Positions 7,539 to 12,753 of a stretch of 12,753 bases of DNA are shown piece by piece. The position numbers and the translations under genes were made by a program. The stretch lies in NCBI GenBank assembly GCA_937919925.1, contig CALFOT010000102.1, forward strand, positions 1 to 12,753, in the 5' to 3' direction. This DNA is from an uncultured bacterium (GTDB lineage Bacteria; Planctomycetota; UBA1135). Position 1 is the first letter of the stretch, and the number at the start of each line of letters is the position of its first letter. Under the pieces are notes generated by a model, which was not told where the DNA came from, searched no databases, and saw nothing but the letters and a program-made list of their open reading frames with translations.

Positions 7539-7585
7539 CCCTGCATCTCAGGGAGTCTGGATTCACAAAAAACACCGATGCAGGG
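7539..7585 (+). promoter_or_regulatory. 9-bp perfect inverted repeat CCCTGCATC-N29-GATGCAGGG directly upstream of the second sigma-54-like promoter; candidate regulator binding site
   Basis: Arms 7539-7547 and 7577-7585 are exact reverse complements separated by 29 nt. The centre lies about 40 bp upstream of the -24 element at 7598. Confidence 0.3.
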
Positions 7586-7597
7586 CGTAGATGGCAG

Positions 7598-7613
7598 TGG
7601 CATGATGGTTGCA
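7598..7613 (+). promoter_or_regulatory. sigma-54-type -24/-12 promoter with one mismatch: TGGCATG-N4-TTGCA
   Basis: TGGCAT at 7598-7603, spacer gatgg, TTGCA at 7609-7613. The GG/GC spacing is correct. It sits in the only sizeable intergenic gap (119 bp) of the array, immediately upstream of the lipoprotein gene. Confidence 0.5.
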
Positions 7614-7635
7614 CTCTTTCATTGTTGTCCCCCTG

Positions 7636-8748
7636 ATGACTACCATGCGAATCATCATCATTACTACATTGAGTCTCGTTGGCTGTGTGAGCCCCCCTCT
7701 TGGCTCTACTTTCGAGGATGCTCAGTCTCTCGCTAATCGCGGGGAGTTCGGAGCTGCAGTAGCTGTAGCAGAACCGCTGCTGCTCAGAACAACTTCAGTT
7801 TCTACACTTGAGGAGGTCTGTGGGTGGGCGCTAAAGGCCGGGCGGATGGAGCAGGCATATGATTTCTCCAATCGGCTCATCGGCTTCGAATCCCAATCAT
7901 GGGTTGGCCATCGCACTCGTGGGCTGGCTCTTGTTTCTTTAAAGCGGCTCAGTGCTGCGATTCCAGATCTTGAGTTTGTCCATCGTAATGGCCCGCCAGA
8001 TTCTGAAGTTCAACGCGCCCTTGGTCTTGCGATGGAATTTGTTGGAAGAGATCCAGGCAAGGCAAACTCCCTGCTAGTTTTATCTGGCTTCGATGATGAT
8101 GAGGTGACCGCCGCTCTCAGCCGCCTCGAAGTTCTGCTTCATCCCGCGCCACTGCCTTCCGTCACAGTTACCGACGAACCTGCCGCATGGACTCAAGTCG
8201 CCGCACTTGATTTGGCCACGACATGTTTTGTCTTAGATGAGCAGCTGAGGCTTTCGGGCTTCCTTCTCAAAAACCAGGAAGCCGCTGCTCTTACCGGCGA
8301 CGAATATGCATCTGGCTTACGCGCTGCCGACCGTCGTCGAGATGCTGCTGCCCTTGTCGACCTTCCAGACGAAGATGGCACAGCCGCCGTTCTCACTCAT
8401 TTCGTCGAAGTCGGTCTACTGAGTGTCGACAACAACAAAATCAACCCCGACGAGATTCTCCAGCGTGGTCAGTTTGCACAACTTGTAACGGACCTTCTGC
8501 GATTACTCGAGGAGGATAAAGGATTTGCGGTTGGAGGTGACGGTGAATCTCCTTTCTCGGACATGAGCGTTCGGCATCCCCGCTTTGCGGTTGCGAGCGC
8601 AGCTTGTGCGCTTGGTGTTCTGCACGCAGACGCATCGCGACGTTTTCGGCCTTCGGACCCGCTTTCTGGCGCGGAACTTTCCGACGCTCTCGACCTACTT
8701 CGCGAAGTTCTTCTTCGTTCTCCGCTTTACCAAGAGATGATTCGATGA
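7636..8748 (+). CDS. lipoprotein with TPR-like helical repeats and two C-terminal SLH (S-layer homology)-like repeats (371 aa from ATG 7636; the track ORF opens at TTG 7609, which overlaps the promoter)
   Basis: The lipoprotein signal is MTTMRIIIITTLSLVGC (lipobox LVGC). The SLH-like motifs are LPDEDGTAAVLTHFVEVGLLSVDNNKINPDEILQRGQFAQLV and FSDMSVRHPRFAVASAACALGVLHADASRRFRPSDPLSGAELSDAL. Both follow the F-x-D...A...G(I/V/L)...F-x-P...(I/L)-(T/S)-R/G-A-E pattern. Confidence 0.7.
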   Translation: MTTMRIIIITTLSLVGCVSPPLGSTFEDAQSLANRGEFGAAVAVAEPLLLRTTSVSTLEEVCGWALKAGRMEQAYDFSNRLIGFESQSWVGHRTRGLALVSLKRLSAAIPDLEFVHRNGPPDSEVQRALGLAMEFVGRDPGKANSLLVLSGFDDDEVTAALSRLEVLLHPAPLPSVTVTDEPAAWTQVAALDLATTCFVLDEQLRLSGFLLKNQEAAALTGDEYASGLRAADRRRDAAALVDLPDEDGTAAVLTHFVEVGLLSVDNNKINPDEILQRGQFAQLVTDLLRLLEEDKGFAVGGDGESPFSDMSVRHPRFAVASAACALGVLHADASRRFRPSDPLSGAELSDALDLLREVLLRSPLYQEMIR

Positions 8749-9803
8749 TAGCCCTCCTTTCGATTGCCTGTTTTGCTTTGGCTCAGCCACTTGTGGCTTT
8801 ACCGGCACAAGAACCTAGTCATGATGTCTCGGATCAATCTGCAAGGTCGACTTCACTCGAGGTCGCAGGAGAAGCTGTTGGGCTTACTCGTGAAGCTGCA
8901 ATATCCGCTGCGAAACAAGATGCCATGTCGCGCGCGATTCAGGAACTTTATCGCGAAGAAGGTCTTGCCGCACCCCTGCAGGCTGTTGCCGATCGCTTAG
9001 CAGCGCTGGATCGTTCACTCGGTGGTTTTCTTGCCGCTGAGACTCTTGATTCTGAATGGAAGGAAGAGACTAGTCTCGCGAAGGTTCGCTTGAAAGTCGA
9101 AGCCGACATCGTCGCTTTTCGTCGCTGTGCTTCACGTGCTCTGCGTGTGCAAGTAATTTGCACAGGCCCCCTTTCAGACCAGATTGCATCCAGTTTCAAG
9201 GAGAGGCTTGCCGCCGAAGGTTTTGAGGTGGTATTGGGTGGATCGCGGGAAGGCGCCGATGCGATTGTCATCGCCAAGCCGGTGCTCGATAAATTGCCAG
9301 GCGGCGAGGCAGGTTTCTCTTCTTGGCGCGGCGCCCTCACGATTGAAGTTCATTCGCTCTCGATGCGTGACGACGCCACAGTTGTGCTTGCTGATCGTCG
9401 ATTCGAACCAAAGGGAGCCATGGTCGGCAGCAATGCCCGTGAAGTGGCACGGAAGACCATCCTTCCGCTTTGTTCAGAGGCGGCAGATCTTGCCGCACAG
9501 CGTATTTTGAACGCAGCTTCGGCAAGTGCCCGTTGGACAATCTCCGTCGAAGGCGCAACCGAACGCTACCTCGTCGAAGATTTGCTCGACGCCATTACCC
9601 AACGAGGTGTTTCTGCCGGCGTGGTGGGGGTTAGTTCTCTCAGCTGGGATCCTCCGAATGCAACCTTCCGGTTGGTCGTCGATCGTCGTGGGGCGAATCG
9701 CCTTGGTGGTATCATGGGCACTCTGGATTTGTCTGAAGGTAGGCGGGTGCGGGTGTTACGCGAAGCAAACTCAACCATGATCGTTAGAATTGAATCCTCC
9801 TGA
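8745..9803 (+). CDS. secreted protein with N-terminal LPP20-like domain (353 aa from ATG 8745; the track ORF is artificially extended upstream to 8604)
   Basis: ATGA overlap with the stop of the lipoprotein gene (8745-8748). The signal peptide is MIALLSIACFALAQPLVALPAQEP. EVAGEAVGLTREAAISAAKQDAMSRAIQELY resembles the LPP20/FlgP-type lipoprotein fold signature. The C-terminal half (GADAIVIAKPV...LTIEVHSLSMRDDATVV) weakly resembles the CsgG/FlgO-type motif. Confidence 0.55.
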   Translation: MIALLSIACFALAQPLVALPAQEPSHDVSDQSARSTSLEVAGEAVGLTREAAISAAKQDAMSRAIQELYREEGLAAPLQAVADRLAALDRSLGGFLAAETLDSEWKEETSLAKVRLKVEADIVAFRRCASRALRVQVICTGPLSDQIASSFKERLAAEGFEVVLGGSREGADAIVIAKPVLDKLPGGEAGFSSWRGALTIEVHSLSMRDDATVVLADRRFEPKGAMVGSNAREVARKTILPLCSEAADLAAQRILNAASASARWTISVEGATERYLVEDLLDAITQRGVSAGVVGVSSLSWDPPNATFRLVVDRRGANRLGGIMGTLDLSEGRRVRVLREANSTMIVRIESS

Positions 9804-9810
9804 TTTTGTC

Positions 9811-10899
9811 ATGTATTTCCTTCTCACTCTTCCTCTCGTTCTGTTTCAGAACGGCCCCTCTCAGCTCGATGAGATTCTTCCCAGTCGAGCCGAAAGCCTT
9901 GCTATTGAGCTCGCCGCTGACTTGAATGAAAGCGGTATTCTCGGAGAGCATGGCATCCAAGCGTTCGCCTTCCCAGGTGCAATCGGTGATGTACAAGGCG
10001 CTTTTCATGACCGCCTTTTAAATCACATGTTGCGCGACTTTGGCTTGGAGTTGATTGCCGAGCGCGAAGAAAGGGTTCAAATACTGCAAAACTATTTCCG
10101 TAAAGATGGTTTTGAACAAGGCATCTATGATGGTGGCAGCCTAAAGAGTCTTGGTGGACAATTTTTGGACAACGAGGCGATTCTCGGCGCCAGAATTTAT
10201 TCGGTGGACGGAGCGGATGGGTTAGAGATATATGCTCAAGCTGAACTTTGGGATGCACGCCGCGCCGTCATGGTGTGGAATAAAACGATATCGCTCTTGG
10301 TGAAGGAACCGGTTTCTCCGCCTGTTGTCGTAGAGAAAGAGGAATCCTTATTCGTGCCAGTCCTAATCATTCTTGCTGGAATCATCGCCGCGATCGCCAT
10401 ATTCAGTCTAATGAATCGCAGGGAACAGATTGCGAAGGCTCAGCGACGTGGAGGGGCATCTATCGAGAGGCAATCGCAGAAAAAGCGCGACCGTGATTTG
10501 CGAGGTGAGGCTGCTCGACGAGCGCATGCAGGAGCAGATCGCTTGACCGCAGCAGCAAGCCAAGTCGATGCCGCAGCTCGTTCTATCTTCGAAAATTCAG
10601 GTGAAGACTTACGGTCGCTCGCAAGGAATTTCGAGAAGGCTGCCGCAGGTACATTTCGCCGTCCCGTAGAGGAGCGAGGTGATTCAGAGATTGCTGCTGC
10701 ACGCGCCCTAGCTGACCATGACGAACGTACACTCGGCCTAGTAGAGGAAATGGGTCGTACTGTTGATACCCTAGTTGCCGGGGCTTCTTCTGATTCCGCT
10801 GAGGCGGTAGCTAAGTTGGCTGCCAAGCTAGAAGACCTCATCCAGAGTGCTAATCACCGTCTCGGAGAACGCACTGACCTGATTCGTTCCAGTAGTTAA
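9811..10899 (+). CDS. bitopic membrane protein: signal peptide, periplasmic CsgG/FlgO/TolB_N-like motif domain, single TM helix, cytoplasmic charged coiled-coil tail (363 aa from ATG 9811; alternative TTG 9790)
   Basis: The N-terminus is MYFLLTLPLVLFQNG. The periplasmic region FAFPGAIGD...GLELIAEREERVQILQNYFRKDGFEQGIYDGGSLKSLGGQFLDNEAILGARIYSVDGADGLEIYAQAELWDARRAVMVW follows the motif ER..l..il.E...q.sG.yd....k.lG...gadaii.G.i......g..i.a.l.d..tg.vvw. The TM helix is LFVPVLIILAGIIAAIAIFSL, followed by an Arg/Ala/Glu-rich tail. Confidence 0.55.
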   Translation: MYFLLTLPLVLFQNGPSQLDEILPSRAESLAIELAADLNESGILGEHGIQAFAFPGAIGDVQGAFHDRLLNHMLRDFGLELIAEREERVQILQNYFRKDGFEQGIYDGGSLKSLGGQFLDNEAILGARIYSVDGADGLEIYAQAELWDARRAVMVWNKTISLLVKEPVSPPVVVEKEESLFVPVLIILAGIIAAIAIFSLMNRREQIAKAQRRGGASIERQSQKKRDRDLRGEAARRAHAGADRLTAAASQVDAAARSIFENSGEDLRSLARNFEKAAAGTFRRPVEERGDSEIAAARALADHDERTLGLVEEMGRTVDTLVAGASSDSAEAVAKLAAKLEDLIQSANHRLGERTDLIRSSS

Positions 10900-10907
10900 T
10901 AATTGTC

Positions 10908-12533
10908 ATGACCCCCTTCTCATTTCTGAAACGATGCCCTGAGTGTAAGAACAAGCTAGAGCGGGGAGCTAATTTTTGCGGGTGCGGTGCGCCGGTGCGT
11001 GACTTTCGTCGCACTTGTCACCACTGTCATCGCATCGTTGATGCCCAAGCGGAAAGGTGTGCTCATTGCAACGCCCTTCTTGCAGAGGTCGAACCTCGCT
11101 ATGTTTTGATTCGCTGGGCTCGCCGTTCGCGTGAATTTGCCCGACGCATTGATGTTGTGGCCTTCACGGAAGGCGAAGAGGTAATCACAGATTCGGGCGC
11201 GGCACTTCAGGGTGCACTTGATGGTGGTGTTACGGTCGAAGCCGGGACGAAAGCGTTACTTCTTGTTAACGGTAGCTTGGAGAAGGTGCTTGAGCCCGGT
11301 TGGACTTCCACAACCAGCGATGCTCTCTCGGTTTATTCAGGTGAAGAATATATTCACACTTTGACCGTGATTGCTGTTGACTCAAGCGACACCGATTTAG
11401 CATGGCGATTCCCGCTTGCACTTGACTCGAACTCGGATGCCGGTGATGAGAAATCTTCCGCGATGGCGCTCGTCACTAAAGATGGGTTTCGTGTTGCGCT
11501 AAGGTTAGGGATTACCATTAGCCTTGCCGATGCAGCGGCCTTGGCGAGTAATCTGCTCAAGGAGCAAGTTTCCATTACTGTCAGTAGTCTCGCCGCTTGG
11601 CTTGCGCCTACGGTAGACGCCGCTGTTCGAGAACTCGTTGGACAGACCGATAGCGCAGAATTAAGAACGCCAGATAGCAATTGGCGTAGCCAATTTGAAG
11701 GTTTGTTGCGCGATCGACTCCAGCGTGACCTTGAGGTTGTTGGCCTCCGAATGGAAAGGCTCAGGGGTTTTGGGCTGGAGAGTCCTAGGCTCAAAGAGTT
11801 GGAAGACGATCGAGAAACCACTGCAGTCATTCGTGGCAAGGCGGGAGAGGCTCGAGCAAGACTTGAGCACATCGAGAATCTTCAAGATGCACTTGTCAAG
11901 AAACGTCGTCTCGATGACAAGGCACGTCTGGAAATCGAGAAGTCGGGCATTCTCACCGACGCAGAGATTGCCGAACTTAATCGCCATGCAGATGATGAGG
12001 AACTCGGTTGGAAACACGCGCGCGAAATGTTGGCCGCGAAACACGCTGCAGGGGTTGAAGAAATATCGAAACGTGCGTCCTTGAAGCTATTCGTCGAAAG
12101 GAAGGAAGAGGAAATTCGTCTTGATGACAAGCGCAAGCGGCTCGATATGGACCGAGATGAGCGGGAACGCGATCACGAGGCTGATGTCGCTCTGAAAATC
12201 ATTGCTGCCAAACAGCAACATAAAATGGAACAGATTCAGGTCTTCCAGGATTGGGATGATCCCGAGAAAATCCTTACCGTTCTTGCTGGGATTAGTCCGG
12301 ATGCTGCAGAAGCACTTCGTGCAAAATATCAGCGTGCCAACGACGATGACCGCGTTGAGTTGCTCAAGGAAATGCAAGGAGAAATGTCCAAGGTTCAACA
12401 GTCTGCGATGGGTGGAATGGCCAGTGTTGCAGCGGCAAAGGCAACCACACGGTTAATTCCATGTCCACATTGTCGCATCAATGTTTCCGTTGATACAACG
12501 AAGTGCCCCTCTTGCGATAAGCTTGTGAAGTAG
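10908..12533 (+). CDS. soluble zinc-ribbon / SPFH (band-7, flotillin-like) / coiled-coil protein with two N-terminal and one C-terminal zinc ribbons (541 aa)
   Basis: The N-terminus contains CPECKNKLERGANFCGCGAPV and CHHCHRIVDAQAERCAHCNALL. The SPFH motifs are VEAGTKALLLVNGSLEKVLEPGW and MALVTKDGFRVALRLGITISLADAAALASNLL, plus a downstream GLRMERLRGFGL region. A long E/R/K/D-rich coiled coil follows. The C-terminus is IPCPHCRINVSVDTTKCPSCDKLV. No TM segment. Confidence 0.7.
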   Translation: MTPFSFLKRCPECKNKLERGANFCGCGAPVRDFRRTCHHCHRIVDAQAERCAHCNALLAEVEPRYVLIRWARRSREFARRIDVVAFTEGEEVITDSGAALQGALDGGVTVEAGTKALLLVNGSLEKVLEPGWTSTTSDALSVYSGEEYIHTLTVIAVDSSDTDLAWRFPLALDSNSDAGDEKSSAMALVTKDGFRVALRLGITISLADAAALASNLLKEQVSITVSSLAAWLAPTVDAAVRELVGQTDSAELRTPDSNWRSQFEGLLRDRLQRDLEVVGLRMERLRGFGLESPRLKELEDDRETTAVIRGKAGEARARLEHIENLQDALVKKRRLDDKARLEIEKSGILTDAEIAELNRHADDEELGWKHAREMLAAKHAAGVEEISKRASLKLFVERKEEEIRLDDKRKRLDMDRDERERDHEADVALKIIAAKQQHKMEQIQVFQDWDDPEKILTVLAGISPDAAEALRAKYQRANDDDRVELLKEMQGEMSKVQQSAMGGMASVAAAKATTRLIPCPHCRINVSVDTTKCPSCDKLVK

Positions 12534-12561
12534 CGGACTTCAGCCTCGGACGATTCCTGAA

Positions 12562-12753
12562 ATGCGCTGCACCACCTGCGGATTTGAAAATTCTGGCACA
12601 GCCAAATTCTGTGCCGAATGTGGTGCCAGGATTGCGCCGCCTTCCTCATCGGCCCAAGTTCCTGACGCAGAGCTTTCACTCCAGCCCACCCTCGGCTCTG
12701 GTCCTCCATCGGACTCCCCAGCAGCGTTAGCTGGCTCCGAATCCCTCATCGCC
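12562..12753 (+). CDS. 5'-partial CDS (continues past window end): N-terminal zinc-ribbon protein with Pro/Ser-rich linker
   Basis: ATG at 12562, open to the end of the window (64 codons), so it is absent from the ORF track. MRCTTCGFENSGTAKFCAECGARI is the same CxxCG-N9/11-FCxxCG zinc-ribbon pattern as at the N-termini of CDS 4842 and CDS 10908. Confidence 0.6.
   Translation, partial: MRCTTCGFENSGTAKFCAECGARIAPPSSSAQVPDAELSLQPTLGSGPPSDSPAALAGSESLIA

Noticed and set aside
7609-7635. TTG 7609 as start of the SLH lipoprotein
   Set aside because: It coincides with the -12 TTGCA of the candidate sigma-54 promoter. ATG 7636 (or 7645) gives a canonical lipoprotein signal with LVGC lipobox.
8604-8744. 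ATG 8604 as start of the LPP20-like protein
   Set aside because: It gives an Arg/Ser-rich 47-aa extension in the alternative frame of the upstream SLH-like domain. ATG 8745 forms an ATGA overlap with the upstream stop and begins directly with a signal peptide.
2976-12599. Other TGGCAC hexamers (2976-2981, 4089-4094, 12594-12599)
   Set aside because: None is followed by TTGC at the required 5-nt spacing. All are within coding regions.
334-12749. All minus-strand ORFs in the track (e.g. 4598..5212, 6282..7166, 10440..10841, 11354..11872, 12395..12709)
   Set aside because: Each lies wholly inside a plus-strand gene with strong domain or signal-peptide evidence. The translations are low-complexity (Arg/Ser/Pro/Ala-rich), as expected for antisense frames of GC-rich coding DNA. 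None has a recognisable motif or plausible RBS.
1-12753. Mobile elements, CRISPR arrays, tRNA/rRNA genes
   Set aside because: There are no direct-repeat arrays, terminal inverted repeats flanking an ORF, transposase or integrase-like motifs, or cloverleaf-compatible segments. GC content and coding strand are uniform, giving no sign of a recently inserted island boundary within the window.

Overview
The window is a dense array of 12 co-directional plus-strand CDSs; the last (12562..12753) is 5'-partial and runs off the end. GC is about 55%, and several genes have Shine-Dalgarno-type RBSs (GAGGA, AGGAG, GGAGG, GGAGA). All minus-strand ORFs in the track sit inside confidently coding plus-strand genes and look spurious. 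I see no tRNA, rRNA, CRISPR array or IS/transposase signature.

The genes fall into two tandem transcription units, each preceded by a sigma-54 type -24/-12 promoter. At 208-223 the match is perfect (TGGCACG-N4-TTGCA); at 7598-7613 there is one mismatch (TGGCATG-N4-TTGCA).

Unit 1 (254-7489) encodes a TPR secreted protein or lipoprotein, then two signal-peptide alpha-helical/coiled-coil proteins. Next comes a membrane protein with a TonB-like SxxxH anchor and an acidic Glu/Pro-rich spacer. The unit ends with a translationally coupled triplet (GTGA/ATGA start-stop overlaps): an NtrC-family sigma-54 enhancer-binding response regulator (receiver, AAA+ with GAFTGA, Fis-type HTH), a protein with an N-terminal zinc ribbon and an FHA-like domain, and an atypical histidine-kinase-like ATPase (N, F, G2 boxes present, G1 degenerate, no obvious H-box).

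Unit 2 (7636-12753+) encodes a lipoprotein with TPR-like repeats and two C-terminal SLH-like repeats, ATGA-coupled to a secreted LPP20-like protein. These are followed by a bitopic protein (signal peptide, periplasmic CsgG/FlgO/TolB_N-like motif domain, one TM helix, cytoplasmic charged coiled-coil tail), a soluble protein with zinc ribbons flanking an SPFH/band-7 domain and coiled coil, and another N-terminal zinc-ribbon protein.

Taken together this looks like a sigma-54-controlled, possibly autoregulated, envelope-associated system that I cannot assign to any described machinery. Its cytoplasmic side is built around three proteins sharing a double-zinc-ribbon module (fused to FHA, SPFH or alone). 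Its periplasmic and outer-membrane side carries SLH, LPP20 and CsgG-like elements. All domain calls rest on motif recognition by eye; no database search was possible.
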